From positions 66,280,001-66,344,000 of the forward strand of contig NC_087437.1 in the NCBI RefSeq assembly GCF_036321535.1: a DNA stretch of 64,000 bases, written 5' to 3'. The notes beneath the pieces were generated by a model. That model made no database searches. It had not been told where the DNA came from and was given only the letters and a program-made list of their open reading frames with translations. How positions within the stretch are numbered: position 1 is the first letter of the stretch; each line of letters begins with the position of its first letter. This DNA is from Camelus dromedarius. Its lineage: Eukaryota. This document shows, piece after piece, positions 11,981 through 25,860 of the stretch. The translations under genes and the position numbers were made by a program.

Positions 11981-14900
11981 TCAAATGAAAAAAATACATT
12001 GTGAGTTCATAGCAGTATTTCCAAATCTGATTTTGTTTAAAGTTTAAGGGTTAAAGATTATAAGATTTTTCCTTTAACTTTTTCAGCTTTATATTTATAG
12101 CTCTTTTCATTTATGCTGGAAGTCTTGAGAGTAGTGAATCACTTGTTTTATTATTTATATTTATATATACATATTAGTATTGCTATTTTGAGTTGTTTTA
12201 GAAAATGTTTGCTGAAAACAATTTAAGAATTCTTACAATTAATGTAAATTCTACTAGGGATTTACAGTCAAATTACTGTTTTAAAATAATTTGAAATGAT
12301 TTCTGTCTGAGTTTAAGCCACCCAGTTGATACCTAGTTTGATACATTTGTCTGTTTTGCTGTCAGTTTTGGAGAATAACCTGTTTTCATTTTAATTTACT
12401 TTTGTTTTAAATTATGTAAAATATTTTCATGATTGCAAAACCAAAACTACAATATGAGGTGTATTTAGAAAAATCTAGCTTTTATCCTCTCCCTCCCCTA
12501 TAGGTGACCATTTTTATTAGTTTTTGGGGTTTTTTTTTAGAAAATGTATGTACACTTAGTCATATTTCTCTTTCCTTCTTAGATAAAACTTATACTTTGT
12601 TTTACACCTTTTATGTTTTTTGACTTAACATAAGTCCTGGAAAACACTCATAGTGTAGGGGGCTCTCCCTTACTGCTTTTTATACCTGCATAACACTGAC
12701 TTTTTTATTCAAGCAGTTCCTTATTGATTACTTTAAGGTATTACATAGGGAAATTTTGATGGGACCAAGTTTTGGGTTCTGCACTGAAACTATTTTTCAT
12801 TTATATCATAAAGATATTATTTTACCATAAATACTCAAACAGTATAGGAGTGTGCACAGTAAAATGTGTAAGGTTTTCTCTGATTTCCATCTGCTCACAG
12901 TCTCTCTGATCCTATTTCCAGAAATTACTATTAGTAAGTTAGTTCAAGATATTTTTTAGGAGTAGACAGCATTTAATACACTGTAAGTAATTTTTAAACC
13001 AAATTGGGATCATATGAATAATCAATACCTTGATTTCTTTAATATTATCAATTGAGTTTCAGATTTGGGTAATGAAAAAGATTCCTGAGTTTAACTAAAG
13101 ACTTAAAAAAGTGATTTTGAGACTTTTTTTTCTGTTTTCATTAACACTAGGAAATATATTTTGTGTGTGTGTTTAACTTCTTAAATTTTTTATATTGTAA
13201 TTTCTGCTCTGAAATCCAGAAAGTAATGTGTGTAGCTGTATTCCTCTTTACATTCTTCTTAGACTCAAACTTATATTTGGAAAGAAATTGAGAAATTTTA
13301 TTATATTCTACTGTGCCTTAATACTAAAAGTAAATCCAAATAAAGTCAGGATACCTGTTAACCAGTGAACTCCATAAAGGCAGGAAAAACCTGTCTAGTT
13401 CATCGCTGGGTCTCTAGCACCTAGGACAGCGACTGCTTCCCTATTCTTCCCACTCTTGTTTTGTTTTTGCCGTAAATCACAAATGGTTCATGTTCTGTGT
13501 CCTTTTTTCGTTTATTAATATATCCTGGACATTTTCCATGTTAGTGCTTAAAGTATCTACTTAATTCTTTTAAGTGAGTGTATTAATTCAGGTACTATAT
13601 ATTACATATTAGGTAGTTTAAAATACTTTAATTTGAAGCCCTTTCCCCTCCTCTACACACCTCTGCCCTTAGACTTTGGTACTAGTGTTCTGTTTTTAAA
13701 ATATTAGTGGAAGATACTAAATTGAGGGTTATGGTGGAATGAATGTGTATAACTCCCTCTTTTAAAATGTGTAACATAAGCAAATGTTTTTGTAGAATAG
13801 CACTGTGGGTAACATGCTTTAAACAAATCTAATGTATGACTATTCTGATCATAAATATTAGAGTAATTCATTTTTAAATATTTTGATAAGTTCACATAAG
13901 GAGAAATAGAATTAGCATGTGAAAAAAGAATGTTCCATTTAGTATATTTGATGAAACACAAAAATGGAATGAGACAAAGTTAAACCCCTTCCTCCTCAGT
14001 GAAATTGGCAAAGATTATAAGTATAATATAGTTATGACAAGGGTGTTGCTGAAGGAAAGTAAATTTATTTCTGGAGGGCAGTTTGGCAAAGTTTTAGAAG
14101 TTCTACTTCTGTGGATTTATTTTAAAGAAAAAATTAAGGATATGCTCATAAATTTAGATATACATGAATATTTACAAAAAATTTAATCCTGGGACTAACA
14201 ACAGTAAATAGTATTTTCTTCATGCCATACATTTATTTAATCCTCTCAACAATGATTTGGTATTCATGCAATAGGATAAAAAATGATGATGTAGAAGAAT
14301 ATTTAACATAGAAATAAGTTCATGATGAGTGCAAATAGCATAAGAATGAGTGAAAAAGAGTATGAGCAATGTGATTGAATTGACTGCAGCAAAATAGAGA
14401 AAACAGTATTCTCCAAATACTTATGCTGATAATCCTTTATTACACTATAATCTAGTTATAATCCTGTCATTCAAAGATGTTAATTTTATTCTTTTTGCTA
14501 TCTTTATTTTTCTAGGTTTTTCTACAGTGAGCATATTTTGTCTAACAAGAAACTTGTTAGTTTTAAGATGTTTTTTTGAATTTGTAAAAGGATTTACTTC
14601 AGGATTCCTGAACACTAATTCTCTAAGCACCTTTAAAGTAGAGTTCCATTAGTAGCAGTTTAAATCTATAACTTTTGGTGAACACATAAAATAGGAATTA
14701 AGATGAAGCATAGTCTTTGATTTCTGTTAATTTGATGGTATTTCTTGGGGAATAGAAATGGAAAAAGTAGGAAGTTAAGTTTCAGTATCTAAAGTTTGAA
14801 GCCTGACAATGGCAAAATGACAGTATTTTAAATGTTAGTTTTGAGGTTGCTGGCAGTGAAGTTTCATCTGAATTAAAGAGAGAGAAGGAAGGAGGAAAAA

Positions 14901-15129
14901 GAGGAAGAAGGAATGAAATAAAAAAGAACATGCTATATTTTCATGGTATTGTAATCAAGTATTTTCTCTTCCAGTTAGGAATTCAGTAATTCTGACTTTT
15001 ATACTTTCAGTCTTGTTTCTGCCCTTTGCAGGAATTGAGAAAATTAGTTCACCAGGTTGCTGCTAATCCATCTGATCTATGTAGGACTAGAACTTGTGCT
15101 TGCTTTATTTTACTTAGTTTATCTTTGAG

Positions 15130-15440
15130 GCCTTGTTAAAATGTTTTTCTCAGTCAGGCCTTCTTTAACCCATTATTTTAAAAGTGTAGCTGCACTCTGA
15201 TCCTGCACTTTTCATTCCCCTCCTCTGCTCTTTTTTTTTTATTAAAGCATTATCACCTTGTTATATATACTTCATTTATTTTGTTTGTGTCTGCTCTTCC
15301 CACCTTCCTGGCCTAAGATATAAGTTCCAGTGAGTGCACGAATTTTTGTTTCTTTAATATCTTGTGTATTTCCAGAACTCAGACCAATGCCTGGCACATA
15401 ATAGGATTTCAATGAGTATTTTTTGAATAATGAATAGTGA
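15130..15440 (+). mobile_element. L2 LINE 3' end
   Basis: aatgcctggcacataataggatttcaatgagtattttttgaataatgaat terminal motif. Confidence 0.75.
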
Positions 15441-17039
15441 GTATTCATTTGTGGAATGATTAGATGTTCTATTTAAAGGTTGATGGAGGTGAATTCTAAG
15501 TGTTTACAGAAGATTAGGATTCCATAGTTGTTTTGTAGTGTAGTTGTTTCATTGTTGGTCTAGTAATAGAATTAAATTTATAGACAAGTTGGAATTTCTG
15601 AATTAATTTCTGAATAATTCCAGAACAGGTATTTTTTTAATTATTAATTTTTATGATATTATTTACTAACTTGCTAAATAAGTAACAAAAAGACCAATAA
15701 AATGAATCGGAGAAGAATCTTTGGCTTGCTGTGAGAGCTTGGCCTATCTGGTCCTTGTGAGGGAGCTGGATTAAGGTTTAAGAGCTCTCTTGCTCTCTCT
15801 CTGACTTTAAGATTCATCCCAGGGACTTTGTGTTTTTAGATACATTTCTTAGAAAATAACAAGTTGTGAGGAAATGAGTTGTATGAAACTTGCTACATGA
15901 TTGCTTTTTTGAAATCAAAACTGTTGTTGAATGTTAATTAGTACCACAGCTTTGTGTGAAATCTTTTATACTTGAGTGATAATGAGACTCATTATTAGAG
16001 AGACGGAGTGTTAGGTGTTCCAAGATCTCCACATTTATTCATCCAGCACTCTAGGCCAACTCTTTGCTAGGCACTCCACTAAACTACTGAGCAAACAAAA
16101 GTCAGTAGGACAGATTCAGTAATGAGACAGTAAAAATATTTGTTTCATAGTGCTTCTCCTAGGTATGGGGTTCCCAAAAGCAAGAGAATTTATTTTCTTG
16201 GGTATTTAGGGGTTTGATTTAAATTTAAATTGAAAATGAGCCATTAACTAATGTTGAGGAGATGTATAAGCACAGCACAATTTTAATATCACTTTGCTGT
16301 TGAGCTAGAATTTGTATGAATATATATCTTTTGAAGGTATTAGCATTTATTTTGTATCTTATCCTTTTTGCCTGCTTTATTCTTTTAATGTAGCCCTTAT
16401 AACAATCCTCAGAGTTTAAGTCATTTGCTTAAGGTTCATAGCTTAAAAGTTGTGGATTTTAAACTAGGCCAATTGATGCTAAAGTCTATAAACTTTTTGT
16501 GACACTTCCCAAAGGAAGCTGCCTTTTTTTTTTTGAAGTCAGTAGGTAATGTTTAATAACTTGATGTACTGAAAGCTGTGCTGTAAATTTTTTCCCCCAA
16601 ATTGAGTATTTGGCTTTTGAACCCCAGTATTTCAAAATAAAAATTCTTTTTTTTCTTATAAAAAATAAAATATGTTCATTATGGCAAGAGGCATAAGATG
16701 AAGGAGAAGAGAAAAGGTAAAACGGTAGAAAGGTAGCTGGGCTGGGGAGAATGATAGTGCTGTTGATCCTCTGTTAACCATTTGGTGTACAGATGATACT
16801 TAACATGATATAGTTTGGATTCCAGTTTCTGAGACCTGGAGTCAAATCTGGCATCCATCATCTAATGGTTTTGTGAATTGAGGCTTTCATGGTTCGGGGG
16901 CAAATTATTTATTTCGGTTTTGCAGATAAAAGAACTGAGGTATAGAGAGGGCAGCCTACATCATAAAGTTTTGAATATTAAATGTGATAAAGCATAAAAT
17001 ATTTAGCACATACTTAAAATTGCAGGCACATCTTAGATC

Positions 17040-18280
17040 TTTTCACACAGATATATTATCTTCTACTGAAATGAATCATCAGAAATTATAACTGCCTTTT
17101 TGAAACCTATTATATCAAAGGTATCTTTTCATATAAATACATTTTAAATCATCAGATAATAATTAATCCATACAGTGGGATGCTGTAATATATTCAGCCA
17201 TCCCCTTCTTGGTAGATGTTTAGTTGTTTCTAGTTTTCTCTTTTGCATTTGTAAATAATGCCTCAGTAAGTATTCTTGTAGCGTACCTTTTCGTAAGTTT
17301 TTATCCTATTAAGGTAGAGTTGGAGGTTGAGGAGTATGTACACTTAAGATTTCTGATCCGTGTTGTTGTGTTGCACTCTGGAGATATGGTGACTATTTGT
17401 GTTCCTAACTAATTTATATGGACACCTGTTCTCCTGCACTCTCACTGAATTAGATTATGTTAATAAACATCATTGTTGATTTGATCAGTTTTACATTGCT
17501 TTGATTACTAATAAGTTTGAGGGTTATTTTTCTACATGCATATTGACTCCTTGCTTATTATACTGTTTCCCCATTAGTTTTCATATTGTCATTCCCATTT
17601 TGGAGGGTATTTGTCTTTTCCTTAGTGAATGTGAAAAGAGCTCTTCATACATGAATACTGTGAACACATTACTGTATATTGTGTTACCTCCCAGATTGTC
17701 AATTTTTCTTGTAATTTTGCTTATGTTTATTTTTAGATGCATAAAAGTTTAAAAAATTTATATCAACACATCTTTTGGTCTTCTAGCTTTGGGGTCATGC
17801 TTAGAGAAGCTTCTTGCCCTTCTCCAAACTATATATATCAGTTCTCAAACTTCTTAGCCTCAGGACCCCTTTGTACTCTTAAAAACTATTCAGGGCCCTA
17901 AAGAGCTCTTATTCATGTGAGTTATATCTGTTGATATTTGCCACGTTATAATTTCCTTTCCTTTCTATAATTTAAAACTGAGAAATTTATAAAATATTTA
18001 TTAGAAAACAGTAAGTCCTCTACATGTTAAACATTTTTAATTAAAAAATTATATTTTCCAAATTTTACATTTTTGAAAATCTCTTTGCAAAGAGAGTGAG
18101 AGTGGAAAGCATTGTTATGTTATGTGAAATATTATTGTTATGAGAATTGTTTTGGCTTCATGGGCCTCATGAAACAATTCAGAGATCTAGACTACACTTT
18201 GAGAACTGCTGATATAAATATTCAATTATATTTTCTTCTTGTATTTTTATGACTGAATTTAAATCTGGAATGAATTTGAG
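17040..18280 (-). mobile_element. Highly decayed L1 (L1ME-like), interrupted by a hAT element
   Basis: gatgtttagttgtttctagttt, ctttgattactaataagtttgag, tttggggtcatgcttagagaag; resumes after 18211 with tatattttcttcttgtatttttatg. Confidence 0.55.
17836..18211 (+). mobile_element. Non-autonomous hAT-Charlie-type DNA transposon (subfamily not assigned)
   Basis: Terminal inverted repeats cagttctcaaa / tttgagaactg; internal ctcaggacccctttgtactcttaaaaactatt...aaagagct. Confidence 0.75.
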
Positions 18281-18869
18281 TATAACCCTCCCGCCCCCCA
18301 TGTTAGCCAACGTCTTTTGAAAGTCCCATTTTCTTATAAATCATTGACTGACTGTAATGAAGTTGTAAACTTACCTACCTTTTCTCAGTTGTTACTGGCT
18401 GAGCTTAACTTTCATTGAAAGCAGTAGTCTTAGCAATCTTTGCTTAATGTTGTATCTCTAATTTGGTATATTTTCTTAGGTTCCTGATGTATTCCCCCAA
18501 CTCCAACTTTCAGTTTCACACATATTGTCCTTAAAAATATAAAAGATTTTTCATTTATACCCATGATTGTGGCATATTACTCTAAATAATACTGTTTGCT
18601 CACCAGTTATGAAAGTGATGTATAATCATTGTAGGAAATTTAAAATGTGCATAGAAGCATACACAAGAAAAGAATAATTTGTCACTTTGAATATTCAGAG
18701 TGCTGCAGATGTGCTGTTATTGCTGTGCTGTGATGGAGATTACTTCAGTATTGAAAAATGCTAGCAAGTTGAACTACACATAAATTCCTACTCCAGGCTT
18801 AATAAATTGTACATCTTTTGGTGTGCTGCTTTGCTTCTTGCAATTCCCTCACTCACCAGACTTAATGTT

Positions 18870-19800
18870 TATTATTTTTTGTGTGTTCCTAGGTGCTTTG
18901 GATAAAAAGAACAAGACACCGTTTCCCCTGTCACTAAATTTGCAGGTTAATGAAGAGATAATAAACATGTTTTGTGATAAGTATTATTATAGCTATAAGC
19001 AATTATGAGTATTATGGGAGAGCCTAAGCAAGCTATTGTTGAAAAATGTTGGGGGAGTGAAGAGAAGAGGGTGGTCTTGAGAAGGTTAAGGCTGTACTGT
19101 CTTCCTTTAGTATTTGATGACTTACTTAGCTCTCTGGGTCGAGTGAAGGAAGGAGTCAAGAATGACTCCCAGCTATTTGACTTGGTAGACAAGGTGGATA
19201 ATAATGTTTACTAAAATAGGGCATATACTCTACTCCCAACAAAATAAAACCCCTGCACATCTATACTTTGTAAGTCTCTATTCCTTTGCTTTTCAAGATG
19301 AGTTATGTTGTGGCCGTGTTGAGTTTGAGGGGCCTGGAAATATTCAGGTGGTGATGTGTGGGAGGCATTGGAAAGCTTCTAGGAGAGTTTTGTGGGCTAG
19401 AGAGTTAGCAGTGTAGCAGAAGTAGTTGAATGATTAAGATCATCCTTTGAGAATTCTTAATAGAAGACAAGGACAGGGACCCTCCAGCATTTGAAAGACA
19501 GGCAAAGGAAAATGAATCTAGCAAAAAGTAGTCAGAAGAGGGAAAACAGAAGAGTGGTGTGTAGAGTGCAACTGACCAGAATTTAAAGAAGGACCAGGGC
19601 AGAGAAGTAGGGGACCTGAAGTGTTAAATCCTGCTTAAAAAGACAAATAACACCTGAAAACACCTCTTTAGATTTAGGAATAAGGAGACATTGTTGATTT
19701 AAGCAATGACAGCTTAGTTGGGGAGCTGGGTATACAAGCTATGGCAAAGAGGATAAAAGTGAGGAAGTAGAAGATAGTGTTGGCTACTTTTAGAAGCTTG
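18870..19800 (-). mobile_element. L2 LINE fragments
   Basis: Antisense L2 motifs (gaaggagtcaagaatgactccc, ttgagtttgaggggcctggaaatattcaggtgg, ttagatttaggaataaggagacattg). Confidence 0.65.
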
Positions 19801-22489
19801 CTTATGAAGCTAGGGAAGTGCAAATTAGAAGTGGACAAAAACAGGGATTTGAGAATGTTTATGTTCTAAGGAAGAAGAAGGGAGAGAATAAGAGATTGAA
19901 CCGAGAGATTGGAAAATACCATTATCTTGAACTTTCTAGAGAAATGATTTCAAACTTTTTGTTTGCCCTTTTTGTAAAAATTGTTCTTAATATACTTTAG
20001 ATAATGCTGACTATGATTTTTGATACCTTATAATGATAATTGAGTTGTGTATATCATTTACTCTACTGTTCTACTGAAGGACATAGAAACAGCCCCATTC
20101 CAAAATACAATAGCTTAGGGCTATTTAATATAACCATGCAGTTGTTTTTTGATGGTCAGTTTCATCTTTTCCTTGCATGTGCATTTGTCCATACCCCATC
20201 ACCCCCCCGCCCCAACTTATTAATGTGGTTGGTCGTAGCATTAATACCACCTGTTTGTACAAATATGCTCTAACTGTAAGCTGGGAAATCTATATCATCA
20301 TTAGAATTGTGCTCTGAGTGAGATTACTGATTTTAATCAGTAGATTGTAAGGAAGATCTGGGGGTTGCTTCCATAAAGTTTAGTCTGTTGTATACATATG
20401 TATATATATGATTTTCTGTACTGTTTTACTTAAAGGATGTAGAGCTCCATAGTTAGATTGCTTTAAAATCCCAACTCCACTTTGAACAAATGACTTACTT
20501 TCAAAACTTGACTTTCTTTATTTTCAAAATGATAGTATTAATACTTACATCACAGGATCATCATGGAGGACATCTGTCCCCAGGGTTTTGATTTTCTAAG
20601 CTTAATGTTTCTGGAAGTCTTCTTGATTAGAAGGGTGTTACTATATTTGAAAAGGAAATAGATTAAAATAGAATCATAGAGTATGTTTTATGTGTCTGGT
20701 AGGGCAGTGGGAATTTGCAGCATATATAAACAAGGAGATTTATTTCCCCAGATAGGTTGGTTGGTTGTTATAGCTTTTTAGTGAAAGTTTTTCTCATAGG
20801 CATTTGAAACACTGTTTTTCTCCAGTTGGTTCTGTAATCCCTTTATTTTTGGACTGAATACTAAGTAGTATTTTAAAATGAGGGGGGGTGAAAATGAACC
20901 AGAATTATAATATGGGATATTTTACTTGAAAAGCATATGTGTAGGAGAATAGAGGTTGTCGTAGACTAGCTATTTTAGGACAGGAAATTAATGTAACCCA
21001 GTGAGGCTCTTGCATATTGCAGGCTTAGTATCAAAACTACTGAGTAACCTGTAATTTAACTCAGGATAGTGCTTGGAGGACAGGAAGTTAAGAGTTTGTG
21101 CCATGGCCTGAGAAAGCTTATATTCACCTTTTTATAAAAGACGAGCTCTTAAGAGAGACGGAGAATGAAATTATCTAGTATTCAATAACCATTGATTTAG
21201 TCATTCTTTTCTTTCTTCTTTTAGATAAACTGTACGATTATTTTAAACATTTGAGTCTATTGAGAATCTGTACCTTTTTTGGTATAGTAAAACATTGATG
21301 GAAAATCCTGTTTTGTAGCTTTTGTGAATGTACATACAAGTACATTTGTAATGTAGCCCTCGCCATTGAACTTTTCTAACAGCAACAGACCCCCTGTATA
21401 AAGGAGAGGAGCATTTAGTATGTTTAAAAATAGTAAACTTAATTGTTTATTCTGAGAATTTCTCTGGATACGTTAATTATGTTTAAAGTTTAAAGCTGCT
21501 AAACAAACACAGGATTTTCACTTGTTTTAAATGCCGTAAAACAGGTTTTACTTTTATTGATAACTGGCTTAGTAAAAAGACCATGTTAAATTCAGGAATG
21601 ATTTAAGAAATTATTGAAGGTTTCATTGCCTTAAAAAAAAAGTGCTTCCTATTTTCAAGTCTCTCCATGTCTGCAGTCATACCAAATGAATCATAAGTTC
21701 TTTTTATGATGGTTCTTGCTTTGCATACAAAATTACTCTCTCAGCAGTAGGTAGAGCTTGTTGGCTTTGGCAGTGATAGGTTAGTGACTTGACCATTAAA
21801 GCAGTGCTAGTTTTTCATTGAAGGGGAGATGAGATCTCTGTCCTCTGTTGAAATATGTTAGATGCCTGCCAGATGAGAACACTGTTGTACCACTTGTGGG
21901 AGGTATTGAATTAGTAAGTTTTAGTTTTTTTGACTTGTTGAAGTAAGATTTGATTGTCTTGTATTTATAAGTTGCTCTTATGATATAGTACTTTTGAAAA
22001 TTAAAAGTCACAGTAATAAGACCTGGAAAATTTAGAAACCTCTGAATAATTCCCTTTTAAAAATTTTATTTTTATTTATCTATTCTTTTTTTATTGATAA
22101 TTCCCTTACTTAAAAGGAAAAAAACCCTAAAAACTCCAATTTCAGTTAGCCATATAAATTCCTCCCCTTTAAGTACAGCCAGTGGCCAGTATGTGATAGT
22201 TGTTTTCCAAAGACATGTCATGTTATCAAAACTTGCAATTATGTTTTTAATGTTTTTTAAGTTGCTAAAATTTTAGAAAAAAGGGTGGTGTTGGCTTAAT
22301 AGATTGGTTTTCACATTCTCAATCACAAAGTAATTGTAAGAATTTAATAGATAGATTTACTTTTTCTCTTTTAAGATACAGGTCGCGTATCTATAAACAC
22401 TGAACAAATGGGTATTTGATGACATGAATCTAGCTTTTATACCAGATTCATGGTCTTTACCTGATATCACTACTAGTACTATCGTTAGG

Positions 22490-23015
22490 GTATGTTAACT
22501 ATTAAGATATAACAAACCACTCCAGAACTTAGTTTAAAACAACCATCACTTGTTACTGCTTATGAGTCTTTGGATAAGCTGGGTAGTTCTGCTAATCTGG
22601 GCCAGGCTTAAGTGATCTTATATGGGCTTGCTCATATTTCTCATGGCTTAACCAGTAGACTGGCTAAGACTAACTTGTCTAGTGTGGTCTCAGTCATGTC
22701 TGGTGGTTAGCTACATGTTGGCTGAGGTAGCAAGGTGACTGGACCACAAGTCTTTAGATACCCTGCAGGCTGGATTGGGCTTGTTCCACTGTGGCAGAGC
22801 ATTATTTTCAAGAGGGAAATGTGGAAGCATGCAGAAGTTCTTGAGGCCTAGCCTCAGAAACTGGCAAACTGTCATTTTTACTGCCTTCTATTCACCAAAG
22901 CATGGCATCAGTCTAGATCAGATTCAAGTGGTAGGGAAAAACTACGAAGTCACACTGCAAAGCTTGTAATTACAGGGAGACCTGAAAAATTAGGGGAACT
23001 TCTGCAGTCAGTCTC
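22490..23015 (-). mobile_element. MaLR solo LTR (old MLT1H/I/J-like)
   Basis: taacaaaccactccagaacttagtttaaaacaacc ... cttgaggcctagcctcagaaactggca ... cagattcaagtggtagggaaa ... aagtcacactgcaaag. Confidence 0.72.
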
Positions 23016-23379
23016 CTTCCTTTTTCAATTACCTAATCATATACTTTGTTTTTAACCTTTATTAATGATAAAGCATATATTTACTCCACTGAGTAGCTGT
23101 GCTATATATACAACAGTTTTTGTCTTAGTTCCATCACAGTTACAGCTTTCCCACATAATGCAGATTGGGTTCCCTAATTAAACAGTTGCGCTATGTCCCA
23201 TTCTAGTTAAGAAAACTGGAAGAGATGCCTAAAATTGCCCTCTGTTGTCTATTTTCATCTGATTAATTTTTCTGCCTTTCTTTGAAGACTTTTAATAATC
23301 TGGTTTGTCATAGGCCATTCAGTTTTATTTCCCAGTGTTCTGTTCTCTGGCTTGCCCACTGATTTTTCTCCCTGTCATT

Positions 23380-23610
23380 TTTTAAAAATTGAGATGAAAT
23401 TGACACAAGAAAAAAATTAAACACTTTAAAGTAAACATGTATTTACATTCACAGTATGCAGCCACCACCTTTATTAAATTCCATACATTTCATCACCTAA
23501 AAAGAAAAATCTGTACCCATGAGCTATCAGTCCCCATTCAGTCCTCCTGTAAACTCCTGGCAAACAGCAATCTGCTTTCTGTCCATATGGATTTACCTAT
23601 TCTGGACTGT
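23380..23610 (-). mobile_element. L1M 3' end fragment
   Basis: ttttaaaaattgagatgaaatt...ctcctggcaaacagcaatctgctttctgtccatatggatttacctattctggac. Confidence 0.7.
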
Positions 23611-23899
23611 CATTTGTTTTTAAGCACTGTGTGTCTGTTTATGTTCTTTCTGCCCAGAATATCCTAAATCCTATTAGACCTCTTCAGTATTTGGCCCACT
23701 AATTTCTTCCTCCTCACAAAACTGTATCTGGTAGTTTAATTTAGCTGCAGTGAACCTTAGCACTCCACTTCACTGAAACTGCTCTTCCATCTCTCACATT
23801 ATTTCCCCTCAGTCTTTCCCGCACAATGCTTCCCTTATAGGAAGAAGGAGGAGAGCCCTCTTCCTAACGTTTGTATTTTGACCTCAGCCCTTTGTTGTT

Positions 23900-25030
23900 A
23901 CTCTATCCACCTTCCTTCTCCCTGGGTGATCTAACTGTGGCCAAATCTAGATCTGTAGCCCAGATCTCGTCAGAATTCCAGACCTTCTGGAATTACCACC
24001 TGGATATTTCACAATCACTTTAAACTGAACATGTTAAAATTGTAATCAGTTTCTCTCCTTACCCACTCTCTTTTCTTAAACAAAATGAAATCTGAATATT
24101 GCCCTTCTGTTCTCTATCTTGGTAAATGGCACCATCATCCATAGAGATCCCTGGGTTTGTTCCCAGGGGTCAGAGTTGTTTCCTCCTCATATGCATACCT
24201 AATTCTTAACTGGTAGTGATTCTTCACATCCATCCCACCCCCTAAATATCTCTGGAATCTATTTCTTTTAATTTCTGTAGCCCTCACTTTAGGACCTTAT
24301 CACTTTTTACCTAGACAGGTGTTCACAAATTGTATAGCTCACAGACCAAATATGGTCAGCTGCTGCCAGTTTTTGTAGAATCAAGTTTTATGAAAGTACA
24401 GCCTTGCTTGTTGGTTTAGGTATTCATTGTCTGTGGCTCTTATTATGCCACAAAGATAGAGTTGTAGAGTTGTGACAGAGACCATGGCCTGCGAAGCCTG
24501 TGATACTGTCAGACCTTTTACAGAGATGTGCCTACCATTGAATTTTCTGTCTCTAGCATGTCTACTCTTCTCTCTCACCAAGGTAAATGTGCAGAAGTCA
24601 GACCATATATATACCCTTGCGTGAATCTTTTATTTGCTATTCATTCCTTACAGAATAAAGTTTAAAACCCTTATCATGGCATAAAGTCCCTGCCTACCTC
24701 TCTTGGCTTACTTTCTCATTCAGAAGGCATCTCAGTCTCTCTGGTATGTTCCTGAAATGTTATCTCTTCTCTTTGTGGTAAATTTATATATCTCTCAAAA
24801 TCTAGTATAGATGTTATTTTCCTAAGGAATCTTCTGACATTCTAGATTATTCCCTCTTCTTGCTTCCTTCATACCTTCTACAACTTTTGTTGTACTTAGC
24901 ATACCCATTGTTCAGTTTTATCCATTTAACAGTATTCCCCTAGTAGACTTTAAAACCAGCCCTGAGTCGGGCCTGGAGCCTGATACTGAACTACTCCTTC
25001 AAGAATTATTTGTTGTCTGAATGAATTGAT
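23900..25030 (+). mobile_element. L2 LINE fragments (interrupted by MER58A)
   Basis: tagcccagatctc, ccacctggatatttc, aaatggcaccatcatcc, ccttacagaataaagtttaaaaccctt, terminal tgtctgaatgaattga. Confidence 0.6.
24316..24540 (+). mobile_element. MER58A-like hAT-Charlie MITE (second copy)
   Basis: Preceded by a ctaga-type target; gttgtgacagagaccatggcctgcgaagcct core. Confidence 0.78.
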
Positions 25031-25613
25031 TGCTTTTGTGTTGAACTTTTCCTAACTAGTCTGTCATGACAGAAATTATGTCGTAAACAACTTTTACGTC
25101 TTCTGGTTGTATCTATGAAAATGCTAGATCCATAGTAGGTACAGATATTGGTTAAATTCTCGATTTGAATTGTCATCTAGATAAAGAAGCAAAAGATTCC
25201 TTTTGGGGAGAATGGATACTTACCAAAGAGAGGCTACCTGGCTAAACCCATTAAAAAGGAAGTTGGTTTGCTTTAATTACTAACCTTCCTCCCTTGTCAT
25301 ATAGAAGCATTTTTTCCTCTTTTTTACTGGGGAATTTAATTGATTTTACTTGAATATTTTGTGCCGTTAATTTGGCATCATATGATCTGTTTACATAGTG
25401 CAGATATAAGGAACAAGTTAGGTGGAATGTGCTAGGCTGATGCAGTATTACAAGACAAAGTCATTTTAAAACTACTGAGTTAGTCTGGGTGTAAATGGGA
25501 CCAAAAATGGCATGCTGTTATTGCCATTAGCTGTTAGCTATCTATACTTTTTCTTTACTAGTTTAGTATGCCTGTTTGTGGGATCTAGGTGCCAGCCCTG
25601 GTAGGATTCCTAC

Positions 25614-25860
25614 CAGTAGAAGTAGAAGAAGAAGTAGGAGGAGGAGGAGGAGTCATTGTAGCCACCTTTCTGGTGTTTTTTATGCTAGCGGCTGTTCTAA
25701 GCACAGTACAGAAATTAACTCATTTATAACCTATGAGGTAGATTCTGTTATCCTTATTTTATAGATGACAGGCTCAAGGCACAGGGAAGTGACATGAATA
25801 AACTTGGCTAAGGTACTACAGGTAGTAAATGGTGGAACCAAACTAGATGCCCTTGGTCAG
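25614..25860 (-). mobile_element. MIR SINE with an (AGN)n purine-rich tail
   Basis: aacctatgaggtagattctgttatccttattttatagatga; tail agtagaagtagaagaagaagtaggaggaggaggagg. Confidence 0.65.

Noticed and set aside
25576..25764. Arg/Ser-rich (protamine- or SR-like) peptide ORF
   Set aside because: It is a translation of an (AGN)n simple repeat at a MIR tail.
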